Assembly: GCA_028693165.1 (NCBI GenBank)
Contig: JAQUVX010000025.1
Location: 271 to 64,270 of the forward strand
Direction of reading: 5' to 3'
Length of the DNA stretch: 64,000 nt
DNA from: Lachnospiraceae bacterium
Lineage (GTDB): Bacteria > Bacillota > Clostridia > Lachnospirales > Lachnospiraceae
The notes beneath the pieces were generated by a model. The model searched no databases and was not told the DNA's origin. It saw only the letters and a list, made by a program, of their open reading frames with translations. Numbering within the stretch: position 1 is the stretch's first letter; each line of letters opens with the position of its first letter. The position numbers and the translations under genes are program-made. Positions 46,297 through 55,318 of this stretch are shown here, piece by piece.

Positions 46297-47043
46297 ATGC
46301 ATGAATTAAAGATTTTTGAAAGCGAGGAATTTGGGCAAATCCGAACGCTGCTCATTGATGGTGAGCCGTGGTTTGTAGGCAAGGATGTAGCAAGTATTTT
46401 GAAATATTCCAATACAAGAAAAGCTCTTGCTGACCATGTGGACAAGGAAGATAAGGCTGATGGGGTAACGATTCGTGACTCCATCGGCAGAGTGCAAAAT
46501 CCTGTTATTATCAACGAAAGCGGTCTGTACTCCCTTATCTTATCAAGCAAGCTCCCAACCGCAAAAAAGTTCAAGCGATGGGTTACTACCGAGATTTTAC
46601 CCTCTATTCGCAAATACGGCGGATACATCACCCCACCAAAGCTTGAAGATATTATCTCGAATCCTGAAAGCTTGGAGCTTCTCCTAAAACAGCTTCTTGA
46701 CCAAATCCAGAAGAATAAAGAGTTGGAAGAAAAGCTGACTGTCCTTGCTCCCAAGGGCAAATATTTCGACAGGCTCATTGAAACCGAAATGCTCACCAAT
46801 TTTCGCACCACTGCCAACGAGCTGGGCATAAAGCCGATGGCATTTACCCAATTTCTCATAGAAAACAAATATGTCTATCGAGATAAAAACCAAAAGGTGC
46901 TTCCGTACCAGCCCTATGTCCATCACGGTGTGTTTGTGATTAAGGATTTTTGCAATCATGGTTATCACGGAAAGCAAACCCTGATAACCGTTTATGGCAA
47001 GCTCTATTTATTGGAGGAGCTTCAAAAAGAAAATCGTGTCTGA
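46297..47043 (+). CDS. Bro-N / KilAC domain antirepressor-like protein
   Basis: N-terminal FESEEFGQIRTLLIDGEPWFVGKDVASILKY...ALADHVDKEDK (BRO-N) and a C-terminal KilAC-like region (PKGKYFDRLIETEMLTNFRTTANELGI). Confidence 0.8.
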   Translation: MHELKIFESEEFGQIRTLLIDGEPWFVGKDVASILKYSNTRKALADHVDKEDKADGVTIRDSIGRVQNPVIINESGLYSLILSSKLPTAKKFKRWVTTEILPSIRKYGGYITPPKLEDIISNPESLELLLKQLLDQIQKNKELEEKLTVLAPKGKYFDRLIETEMLTNFRTTANELGIKPMAFTQFLIENKYVYRDKNQKVLPYQPYVHHGVFVIKDFCNHGYHGKQTLITVYGKLYLLEELQKENRV

Positions 47044-47117
47044 AGGCCGATTGTTTTGCTGTATTTACAGCCGAGCAGTCGGTCTTTTTTTATGCCATTT
47101 TGGGGAGGTGATGATAA

Positions 47118-48098
47118 TTGACCAAAAGTATTATCAGCTGGGTGGGCGGTAAATCCAAGCTCATGTGGCTGATAAACCTACTTGCTCCGCCAAGATATGA
47201 ACGGAGCGTGGATGTGTTCGGGGGCAGTGCAACGGTGACTCTAAACCTTGACTGCTCGGGGAGCACCCTAAAGGTGTACAACGATTTTAATGCCAATCTT
47301 GTAAACCTCATGCGCTGTGCCAGAGATAAACCACTGGCACTGATGCGTGAAATCGGCTTTTTGACACTCAATGCCCGTGATGACTTTGAGGTGTTCAAAC
47401 GCTTTATCAGTAAGGAAGAATTTACGGAAAATGACTTAAAGGCAGAGCTGGAACTGACGGAGATTATGCTCTCCCCACCGACAGCAGAACAGGCAAAGCT
47501 GCTGCTCCTTAGGAATGCAGAAGAAAAGGATGTAAAGCGAGCCGCCATCTACTATAAGCTCTTGCGGTACAGCTTCAATGCCAATGGCGATACCTATGGC
47601 GGAAAGAAATGTGATGTCCGCCGCTTTTTTGTGGATATTTGGAGCTTTAGCCATGCCTTTCGTGATGTCACTGTGGAAAATAAGGACTTTGAAAGCCTCA
47701 TCAAGCAGTATGACAGACCAATGGCTCTCATCTATTGCGACCCACCGTACTTCGATGCCGAGGGCTTCTATGCTGTCATTTTTCCAAAGGAGGATCATGT
47801 AAGGCTTCACGATACATTGGCGAAAGCCAGTGGCTATGTGATGGTGAGCTACAATAACGCACCGGAAATCGTGGAGCTATATCAGGATTTTTATATCTTC
47901 CTTACCACAAGACCAAACAGTATGTCCCACAAGGAGGGCGATGTCTATGAGGAACTAATAATGACCAACTATGACCCACAGCCGTTTTTGCAGCAGAAAA
48001 ATCACCAAATGAATCTGTTCTCGTTTTTCAGCTTTGTGAGTGAGGGCGATTATAAACTGATTCATGAGCCTGCTACGGCTTTGAAAATATATGAATAA
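47118..48098 (+). CDS. Orphan DNA adenine methyltransferase (Dam/D12 class)
   Basis: SWVGGKSKL N-terminal motif and the catalytic CDPPYF motif. No adjacent endonuclease gene. Apparent TTG start. Confidence 0.85.
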   Translation: MTKSIISWVGGKSKLMWLINLLAPPRYERSVDVFGGSATVTLNLDCSGSTLKVYNDFNANLVNLMRCARDKPLALMREIGFLTLNARDDFEVFKRFISKEEFTENDLKAELELTEIMLSPPTAEQAKLLLLRNAEEKDVKRAAIYYKLLRYSFNANGDTYGGKKCDVRRFFVDIWSFSHAFRDVTVENKDFESLIKQYDRPMALIYCDPPYFDAEGFYAVIFPKEDHVRLHDTLAKASGYVMVSYNNAPEIVELYQDFYIFLTTRPNSMSHKEGDVYEELIMTNYDPQPFLQQKNHQMNLFSFFSFVSEGDYKLIHEPATALKIYE

Positions 48099-48115
48099 GA
48101 AAGAGGTATGTGTTT

Positions 48116-48595
48116 ATGAAAAAGACCATTCAGGAAAAAGGACTGCTTATCACCACGGATATGCTGGAACGTGCAAAGCTGGGAGATGAAATCCATCTGT
48201 CAGCAGCTGACGGCATGATTATGCTTACCAAGACAAAAATGACGGCAATGGATGTGGTAAAGCTCATTGATGTGCTGTCGGATATTGTGCAGGGCTGTCT
48301 GTCTACACTGATGGACAACTGCGGTGAGTGTGAGGAATGCGACCACTGCAAGGATTTGGGCTTCGAGGGCATCCATCTGCCTGCGGAGGTACTTAAAATT
48401 GCCGGTATTCCGGAGAACACAAAGCTGAATGCTTTTGTGGAGGAAGATGGCGGAGTCATTCACATTGAGCCTGCCGAGTATGATTACGACATTGCCGATG
48501 TGCCGCCACATTTGTTACAGCTGTTTATGGATTACGGTATCTGCTTTGGGGAGCTTGATGCACTTTTGGTCAGGGGGGATTTGCTGCATGGATAA
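48116..48595 (+). CDS. Protein with two AbrB/SpoVT-like segments separated by a CxxCxxCxxC cluster
   Basis: LLITTDMLERAKLGDEIHLSAADGMIMLTK and IHLPAEVLKIAGIPENTKLNAFVEEDGGVIHIEP resemble SpoVT/AbrB swapped-hairpin units. CGECEECDHC lies between them. Confidence 0.5.
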   Translation: MKKTIQEKGLLITTDMLERAKLGDEIHLSAADGMIMLTKTKMTAMDVVKLIDVLSDIVQGCLSTLMDNCGECEECDHCKDLGFEGIHLPAEVLKIAGIPENTKLNAFVEEDGGVIHIEPAEYDYDIADVPPHLLQLFMDYGICFGELDALLVRGDLLHG

Positions 48596-49325
48596 AAAAT
48601 ATGTTTACCCTTACAGCCTAAAGGAAGCCAAGGAGCTTGGAGAGGTGGAACAGTATCGGGAATCCTTTCGGGAAAATATCCGCTGTGCCGAGACAATCAA
48701 AGCAATCATTAGCAAAAACTTTGATGGGATGCATTTAGGCGGGGATACGGCAAAGGCGGTCATTTCCGAATTTGGCTATGACCGAGTAAATTATGTGCTT
48801 GCCAACTCCTTGCAGGAGCTAAAAAGTGACGGCAGATTTTCTCCTGATAACAAGGAATGGGCAAAAAGTATTTACATTCCCGAGAACAAAAGTCATGGCA
48901 TCAATATGAATAACGATTTTGTGGTAACCTGCCACCCTGCAGTCCTTGACGGTTTTGTCAATCAGGCAAGAAAGGAATATCAGAGTCTTAATTTGTGGAA
49001 TCACACCCACTGCAATGATAAAACCAGCCTTGATTATACCGGCAAGGTCATGGTGCTTCGCCCCGATAATCTAAAGGACGAATACAAAACACCCAAGGAT
49101 CAGCTGATTTTGTGTGAGGGCGGCTTCGGCTGCAGTCCCACAGCCAGCGGCCGCAAGGTGTTTGGCAGATTTATTTCTGACGGTGAAAAATGCCAGTATG
49201 ACCGCAGTGACTTTATTGGGGAGCTAAAGGAAGAACATCTCCCCGATTGGGCAAGAGAACGCTTGCAGGAGATGGCGGAGCAAAAGCCGTCAGAGCCTGC
49301 GATGGGAGGGATGGAAATGCACTAA
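48588..49325 (+). CDS. DUF3849-like ICE protein
   Basis: The N-terminus YPYSLKEAKELGEVEQYRESFRENIRC resembles the DUF3849 pattern as I remember it. It overlaps the upstream stop codon. Confidence 0.5.
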   Translation: MDKKYVYPYSLKEAKELGEVEQYRESFRENIRCAETIKAIISKNFDGMHLGGDTAKAVISEFGYDRVNYVLANSLQELKSDGRFSPDNKEWAKSIYIPENKSHGINMNNDFVVTCHPAVLDGFVNQARKEYQSLNLWNHTHCNDKTSLDYTGKVMVLRPDNLKDEYKTPKDQLILCEGGFGCSPTASGRKVFGRFISDGEKCQYDRSDFIGELKEEHLPDWARERLQEMAEQKPSEPAMGGMEMH

Positions 49326-49335
49326 GGAGGATGCG

Positions 49336-49899
49336 ATGGAAGCCATAAAGCTTAAAAACAGCATTATTTATTATTACAAAAGCCCCTCGGGATACCTGCA
49401 AAACGGCAAAGCAACCCTTGATACCATGTTTGAATGTGATGAGCTGAAGGACTGGTGCAGAAAAAGCCGTTATGAAGCTGTTTTTACCGATGGTATCTTT
49501 GATAGGCTTGTTGGAAAGGAGAGTATATCGCAGTTTATGGAAAATGAAATATCCCTTAAAAATGTCCGAATTTGGCAGCTGAAAGCCGATTCGGACTTTT
49601 CTATGCGTTTCATTGCCTTGGAGGAATTTGAGCATCAGTTTGGACAGCCCAAGGCAGACAGCTACGAGGTCATTTATGACGGAAATCTTGGCACAAACGA
49701 TTTAGAGGAAATATACAATATTTGTAACATGAACCACCCAAAGGACTACAAAGGACATTCCCTGTCCATGTCCGATGTGGTGGAGCTGTATGACGAGGAC
49801 GGCAGCAGCTTCCACTATGTAGACCGCTTTGGCTTTCAGCAAATCGACTTCGAGCCATCAGAGCCGAAACAAGACTTTGATATGAAAATGCAGCAGTGA
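49336..49899 (+). CDS. YodL-like domain protein
   Basis: IWQLKADSDFSMRFIALEE...YEVIYDGNLG...LEEIYNICNMNHPKDYKGHSLSMSDVVEL fits the YodL-like domain. Confidence 0.7.
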   Translation: MEAIKLKNSIIYYYKSPSGYLQNGKATLDTMFECDELKDWCRKSRYEAVFTDGIFDRLVGKESISQFMENEISLKNVRIWQLKADSDFSMRFIALEEFEHQFGQPKADSYEVIYDGNLGTNDLEEIYNICNMNHPKDYKGHSLSMSDVVELYDEDGSSFHYVDRFGFQQIDFEPSEPKQDFDMKMQQ

Positions 49900-49969
49900 T
49901 TTTCTATCGTGTACATTTTATATGGTGTTGCGATAGTTAAGAAAATAATGAAAAAACAAGAGGTCAGAA

Positions 49970-50293
49970 ATGGAACAAAACAGTAACTTAAAGCTCGATG
50001 TGAGGGTAACTCCCATCGAAAATGGCGGCAATGTAAAGGCGTATGCTTCGGTAAATATCGGCAGTGCCTTTGCCGTGAAGAACCTGCGTGTCGTGGAGGG
50101 CAGTAAAGGTCTTTTTGTAGCAATGCCCAGCGTGAAAAACCACAAGGGCGAGTATGATGACATCTTCTTCCCCATCACCAAGGAAAGCCGTGCAGCCCTA
50201 AGTAGTGCGGTGCTTACCGCTTATGAGCAGAAGCTGGAAATGGCAGAAGCTCACACCCAGGAGCAAGTAAACGCTCCCGAAATGTCCATGTAA
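49970..50293 (+). CDS. SpoVG family nucleic-acid-binding protein
   Basis: LDVRVTPIENGGNVKAYASVNIGSAFAVKNLRVVEGSKGLFVAMPS is typical of SpoVG. Confidence 0.8.
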   Translation: MEQNSNLKLDVRVTPIENGGNVKAYASVNIGSAFAVKNLRVVEGSKGLFVAMPSVKNHKGEYDDIFFPITKESRAALSSAVLTAYEQKLEMAEAHTQEQVNAPEMSM

Positions 50294-50330
50294 CCCAACA
50301 CAAACAATTAAACATTGGAGGAAAAACACT

Positions 50331-50603
50331 ATGAAAACTATGAAAAATATGATCACCAAGGCTACTGATTTTGCAAACACAACCGCCATCAAGGCAGCAA
50401 CCTTTGCCAGTGTGCAGAAGCACAAAATGCGTCATGCAATCGCCAATAACAGCGGCGAAAATTATGTCGACTCTGCTGTCAAAATTCTTATCGCAGTTGT
50501 GCTGGGCGGTCTGCTCCTTGCCGGTCTTTACGCATTGTTCGGAGATGTAGTTATGCCTACCCTCAAATCCAAAATTCAGTCCATGTTCAACTACGCTGGT
50601 TAA
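50331..50603 (+). CDS. Candidate Flp/Tad-type prepilin (major pilin)
   Basis: 90-aa product with a long polar leader ending NNSG, then ENYVDSAVKILIAVVLGGLLLAGLYALF (a single hydrophobic helix). It lies immediately upstream of the prepilin peptidase gene. Confidence 0.6.
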   Translation: MKTMKNMITKATDFANTTAIKAATFASVQKHKMRHAIANNSGENYVDSAVKILIAVVLGGLLLAGLYALFGDVVMPTLKSKIQSMFNYAG

Positions 50604-51034
50604 TGGTAGGGATACAAGCGGCTGTATTTACAGCACTGCTGATTGCAGCCGCCATAAAGGATGGAAAAACAAGAGAAATACCGCCACAGCTTTGCATAGC
50701 TGTGGCACTGGTGTCACTGCTTGATTTCAGAGCAGGAAATCTCTTGGGGCTTGGCATTGCACTGATTGTCTATGTCTGCGGTGTGTGGATTTGCCCCGAG
50801 CAAATCGGCGGCGGAGATATTAAGTTGATCACTGCTGTTAGCATGGTGCTTGGCTTTACTGCCACAGCCTATGGATTGATTATCGCATTTACAGCGGAGC
50901 TGATATGGTTTCTTACACTCCGCAAAAAAGCAGCAAAGCAAGGGGCGGATCAAGAAGGTCTGCCCCTTGCACCATTTTTAGCAGTTGGTTTTTTAATCAC
51001 CTATTTTATGAAAATCGGAGGATATAGTTTATGA
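50603..51034 (+). CDS. A24-family prepilin peptidase (TadV/CpaA-like)
   Basis: Polytopic 143-aa protein with an IKDGKTREIP segment (first Asp) and GGGDIKL (second Asp motif). TAATG overlap with the pilin gene. Confidence 0.85.
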   Translation: MVGIQAAVFTALLIAAAIKDGKTREIPPQLCIAVALVSLLDFRAGNLLGLGIALIVYVCGVWICPEQIGGGDIKLITAVSMVLGFTATAYGLIIAFTAELIWFLTLRKKAAKQGADQEGLPLAPFLAVGFLITYFMKIGGYSL

Positions 51035-51150
51035 GAAACAAAAAGAACATTGTGATTCTGTGCGTGATGATACCTATTGTCACAGCACTTGCCTTTGTAC
51101 CGAAAATGCTGAAAGCACATCATAAAAGAACCTACACAGAATCATTTTAA
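51031..51150 (+). CDS. Unlisted 39-aa membrane peptide (MRNKKNIVILCVMIPIVTALAFVPKMLKAHHKRTYTESF)
   Basis: Translated by hand. ATGA overlap with the peptidase stop codon and a single TM segment. It is below the ORF-track length cut-off. Confidence 0.45.
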   Translation: MRNKKNIVILCVMIPIVTALAFVPKMLKAHHKRTYTESF

Positions 51151-51164
51151 GGAGGACGCAGAAC

Positions 51165-51992
51165 ATGAAATTTATGAAAAACAGAACAGCGGTTGGTGTG
51201 CTTTGCATCGTGGTATCCCTTGCCATCTGCTTTGGCATTACACCGCTTTTTAATCGGAGCATCAGTCAGAAAACCGAGATTGTCCGTGTGGCAAAGGACA
51301 TTAAGGTAGGCGATGAAATCACCAATGATATGGTGCAGACCGTGGAAGTGGGTGGATATAATCTGCCGGAAAATATCATCAAGACCACTGATACGGTTAT
51401 TGGCACCTATGCCACAGCAGACCTTGTGGTGGGTGACTATATTCTAAACACCAAGGTGTCCCAAACACCTGCATACGAAAATGCCTATCTCTATAATCTT
51501 GATGGCAGTAAGCAGGCAATTTCCCTTACCATCAAAACCTTTGCAGGCGGTCTTTCGGGCAAGCTGCAATCGGGTGATATCGTATCGGTGATTGCACCAA
51601 ATTACAAGGAACAGGGCTTAACGGTCATTCCGCCGGAGCTTAAATATGTTGAGGTCATTTCTGTGACAGCCTCCAGTGGTTATGATGCCAATACCGGCGA
51701 ACAGCTTTCAGAGGATGAGCGTGAGTTACCATCTACCGTAACGCTGTTGGTCACTGTGGAACAGGGCAATATCTTAGCCGAGCTTGAGTCCGAGGGCGAG
51801 AGTCATCTGTCCCTTGTGTTCCGTGGAGATAATGAAACAGCACAGCAGTTTATTGCTACGCAGGAGGAAGTTATCCAAAAAATCTATAATCCCCAGCTTG
51901 AAGAAGAAAGTGCCGATACTGCAACAGAACCTCAGCCCAATCAGTCTGAGGAATCCCATAATCCGCAGACAGGAGAAAGCGAGGGCGAGTAA
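51165..51992 (+). CDS. CpaB/RcpC-like pilus assembly protein (SAF domain)
   Basis: N-terminal TM segment, then a SAF-like VRVAKDIKVGDEITNDMVQTVEV. Position is the same as cpaB in Tad loci. Confidence 0.7.
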   Translation: MKFMKNRTAVGVLCIVVSLAICFGITPLFNRSISQKTEIVRVAKDIKVGDEITNDMVQTVEVGGYNLPENIIKTTDTVIGTYATADLVVGDYILNTKVSQTPAYENAYLYNLDGSKQAISLTIKTFAGGLSGKLQSGDIVSVIAPNYKEQGLTVIPPELKYVEVISVTASSGYDANTGEQLSEDERELPSTVTLLVTVEQGNILAELESEGESHLSLVFRGDNETAQQFIATQEEVIQKIYNPQLEEESADTATEPQPNQSEESHNPQTGESEGE

Positions 51993-52798
51993 TGAACTTT
52001 AAGAAAAACTCCATCTTCAGCAAAAGCGGTAAATCCGAACAGCCCAAGGAGCAGGTACTCCACGGCGGGGTTCTTGCGGTTTGGGGCAGTCCATCAAGCG
52101 GAAAGACCACTGTTGCAACGAAAATTGCCAAGCACCTTGCCGATAAAAAGAAAAATGTGGTACTGCTCCTTTGCGATATGACAGCACCCATGCTGCCTTG
52201 CATTTGCCCTCCCTCAGAGCTGGAATGCGAAAAATCCTTGGGAAGCATTCTTGCAGCACCCCATGTCAATGAAAGCTTGGTGAAGTACCACATGATTACC
52301 CATAAGAAGATGGAGCATCTCACCATCTTGGGTATGCTCAAGGGAGAAAATGAATACAGCTACACGCCCTTTGGCGAGGTACAGGCAAAGGAATTGATTT
52401 CGGCACTTCGCAAAATTGCACCCTTTATCATCATTGACTGCGGCAGCTATATTGCCAATGATGTGCTGTCGGCAGTGGCACTTATGGACAGTGATGCCAT
52501 TGTTCGCCTTGCCAATTGCGATCTAAAATCCATCAGCTACCTCTCAAGTCAGCTGTCCACTCTGCAAAGCGCAGGGCTTGATTTTGAAAAGCAGTATAAA
52601 TGTGCATCCAATGTCAAGCCCAATCACGGCATCGACCACATGAGTGGTGCAATGGGCAGTCTTAGCTTTAAGCTGCCTTATTCGTCCGAGGTGGAGCAGC
52701 AATACTTGGAGGGCAATCTCTTTAATGATTTAACCCTCAAGGACAGCCGAGAGTTCCGCCGTGAGATTGAAAAAATCGTAAGGGAGGTGTTTGGCTAA
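51992..52798 (+). CDS. ParA/MinD-type ATPase, TadZ/CpaE-like
   Basis: Deviant Walker A, AVWGSPSSGKTTVA. TAATG coupling on both sides. It sits directly upstream of the secretion ATPase gene. Confidence 0.7.
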   Translation: MNFKKNSIFSKSGKSEQPKEQVLHGGVLAVWGSPSSGKTTVATKIAKHLADKKKNVVLLLCDMTAPMLPCICPPSELECEKSLGSILAAPHVNESLVKYHMITHKKMEHLTILGMLKGENEYSYTPFGEVQAKELISALRKIAPFIIIDCGSYIANDVLSAVALMDSDAIVRLANCDLKSISYLSSQLSTLQSAGLDFEKQYKCASNVKPNHGIDHMSGAMGSLSFKLPYSSEVEQQYLEGNLFNDLTLKDSREFRREIEKIVREVFG

Positions 52799-54384
52799 TG
52801 GGTTTAGGCGAAAAGCGAGGAAACTCTATTTTTGAAAAGGAAAAGCCAGTGGCAGCTCATACAGCACCGAAAGTGACAGTGGAAATGAAAATTGATACCG
52901 TAGAAGTGGAAGCCGACACAGTGGAGGCAGTGCAGGAAATCGCTGAGGAAACCACCTTGAATGTGCGAGCCGATGAGCTGATGACAGCTGAAAAAGAGAA
53001 TGCAGTACCTGTGGAGCTGGGCATGAAGAAAAATGCCCACTCCTTATTTTTTGCCCCGGAAAGTGAGGGCAAGGACTTCTCCACAGTTCTAAAATCGGTG
53101 CAGGAATACATTTCGGAAAACTATGCCCAGCTTATCACCGACAGTACTCTTGAGGATGCCAAGGAGCAGATGAAGCGGTATATTTCTCAGTTTGTTATGG
53201 AAAAGCGAATTGCGGTCAAGGGCATGAACGGCAATGCATTGATTGAAGCCCTCTACACCGAAATGGCGGAATACGGCTTTTTGACAAAATATATCTTCGG
53301 CAAGGGCATTGAGGAAATCGACATCAACTCTTGGCAGGACATTGAGGTGCAGTATTCCGATGGTCGCACTGTCAAGCTGGATGAACGCTTTGACTCTCCC
53401 GAACACGCCATCAATGTGGTGCGAAGAATGCTTCATGTGTCGGGCATGGTGCTGGATAATGCAAGCCCTGTGGTGCTTGGGCATCTATCCAAAAACATTC
53501 GTATTGCCGCCATGAAAACACCCATTGTGGATGAGGATGTAGGCGTGTCCGCCTCCATTCGTATTGTCAATCCACAAAGCATGAAAAAAGAGGATTTTGT
53601 AAACACAGGTACGGCAACAGATAAAATGCTGGATTTTCTGTCGGCACTCATTCGCTATGGCATTTCCATCTGTGTTGCAGGAGCTACCTCAAGCGGTAAA
53701 ACAACTGTCCTTGGCTGGCTGCTAACTACTATTCCGGATAACAAGCGTATTTACACCATTGAAAACGGCTCTCGTGAGCTTGACCTCACACGCTTTCAAA
53801 ATGGTAAGGCAACCAATTCTGTCATTCATACTCTGACGAGGGATAGCGATATCCAAAGCCAGTGCATTGACCAAATCAAGCTGTTAGATATGGCACTGCG
53901 ATTTAATCCTGATATTGCCGTGGTCGGTGAGATGCGTGGAGAAGAAGCCAATGCAGCACAGGAGGCAGCCCGAACTGGTATTGCCGTTATGACTACCATC
54001 CATGCCAATTCCTGTGAAGCCACTTACCGCCGAATGGTATCTTTATGCAAGCGAGCCGTGGATATGAGTGATGAAACCTTGATGCAGTATGTCACCGAAG
54101 CCTATCCCATCATTGTGTTTTGCAAGCAGCTTGAAAATAAGCAGCGCCGCATGATGGAGATTATGGAGTGTGAAATCCTCCCCGATGGTACACGCAATTA
54201 CCGCACTATTTTCCAATATGTGATTACGGAAAACCGCATGGAGGATGGCAGATTTATTATCGACGGACACCATGAACAGAGGAACACCATCTCCGACAGT
54301 CTGTCCAAGCGACTATTGGAAAATGGTATGTCCCTTGCCCAGATTAACAGCCTAAAAGAGAAAGATGAGGTGAAATCAGCTTGA
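52798..54384 (+). CDS. CpaF/TadA-type secretion ATPase (T2SS/T4P/T4SS ATPase superfamily)
   Basis: Walker A GATSSGKTT, Walker B-like DIAVVGEMRG, His-box TTIHANS. Confidence 0.88.
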   Translation: MGLGEKRGNSIFEKEKPVAAHTAPKVTVEMKIDTVEVEADTVEAVQEIAEETTLNVRADELMTAEKENAVPVELGMKKNAHSLFFAPESEGKDFSTVLKSVQEYISENYAQLITDSTLEDAKEQMKRYISQFVMEKRIAVKGMNGNALIEALYTEMAEYGFLTKYIFGKGIEEIDINSWQDIEVQYSDGRTVKLDERFDSPEHAINVVRRMLHVSGMVLDNASPVVLGHLSKNIRIAAMKTPIVDEDVGVSASIRIVNPQSMKKEDFVNTGTATDKMLDFLSALIRYGISICVAGATSSGKTTVLGWLLTTIPDNKRIYTIENGSRELDLTRFQNGKATNSVIHTLTRDSDIQSQCIDQIKLLDMALRFNPDIAVVGEMRGEEANAAQEAARTGIAVMTTIHANSCEATYRRMVSLCKRAVDMSDETLMQYVTEAYPIIVFCKQLENKQRRMMEIMECEILPDGTRNYRTIFQYVITENRMEDGRFIIDGHHEQRNTISDSLSKRLLENGMSLAQINSLKEKDEVKSA

Positions 54385-55310
54385 ATTTAATCCTACTCAT
54401 TGCCTGTATCGGAATGATAACAGGTTTTTTTGTTTTGTTTTCCCTATCGCCTGCGGAGTTTACAGACGGCATTTTTACAAGACTGCTGTCAAACTCCAAG
54501 AGCATTAAGAGCGAAATCAAGGAAAGCACCAACCGCAAAAAGACAGGCTTCTTCAAAAGAGAAATCAAGGAGGTGCAGGAAATCCTTGCCGTCACAGGCA
54601 GAAGTAAGCGTTTCCCCGTGCTCTGTCTGCTGTCCTTGGCACTGTTTGCGGTGGGGGCGTCTATTGCCATTATGCTCGGAAACTTCTTCGCTGTACCGGT
54701 GCTTGCTGTGGGATTTATGCTTCTTCCATTTTGGTATGTACGCCTAACCCAAAGCCATTTCAAGAAGGATATTGCCGCAGAGCTTGAAACAGCACTTTCC
54801 ATCATTACCACCGCCTACCTTAGAAATGAGGATATTGTAACAGCTGTGGAGGAAAATATCGGCTACCTAAACCCACCTGTACTGGCGGTATTTAAGGCAT
54901 TTACCTACCGAATTAAGATGATTGACCCTGATATTACAGCTGCCATTACTGCCATGCGTGAGCAGATTGACAATGGCGTGTTTCACGAATGGTGCGATGC
55001 CATGCTTGCCTGCCAGCATGACCGAAGCCTAAAAAGCACACTGACACCCATTGTAACAAAGCTCAGTGATATGCGAGTGGTAAACGGCGAACTGGAGAAC
55101 ATGGTTTTTGAACCAAGAAAAGAGTTTATCTCCATGCAGGTGCTGATGCTTGCCAACATTCCGCTGTTGTACTTTCTCAACAAGGATTGGTATGCAACAC
55201 TGATGCACAGCGTACCGGGGCAACTGGTGTTGGCAGCGTGCTTTGTCATTATGTTCGTATCTATGGCATTTGTCATTAATCTGACACAGCCCATCGAATA
55301 CAGGAGGTGA
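54381..55310 (+). CDS. TadB-like type II secretion system F-family membrane protein
   Basis: 309-aa protein with the N-terminal TM, cytoplasmic domain and C-terminal TM pair layout. It overlaps the ATPase stop. Apparent TTG start. Confidence 0.7.
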   Translation: MNLILLIACIGMITGFFVLFSLSPAEFTDGIFTRLLSNSKSIKSEIKESTNRKKTGFFKREIKEVQEILAVTGRSKRFPVLCLLSLALFAVGASIAIMLGNFFAVPVLAVGFMLLPFWYVRLTQSHFKKDIAAELETALSIITTAYLRNEDIVTAVEENIGYLNPPVLAVFKAFTYRIKMIDPDITAAITAMREQIDNGVFHEWCDAMLACQHDRSLKSTLTPIVTKLSDMRVVNGELENMVFEPRKEFISMQVLMLANIPLLYFLNKDWYATLMHSVPGQLVLAACFVIMFVSMAFVINLTQPIEYRR

Positions 55311-55318
55311 GAAATACG

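Noticed and set aside
46230-47548. Minus-strand ORFs 46230..46868 and 47090..47548 inside the element
   Set aside because: They are antisense to the Bro-N/KilAC and Dam genes, both of which have clear family motifs and proper RBS/terminator context. Their products are Ser-rich low-complexity sequences.
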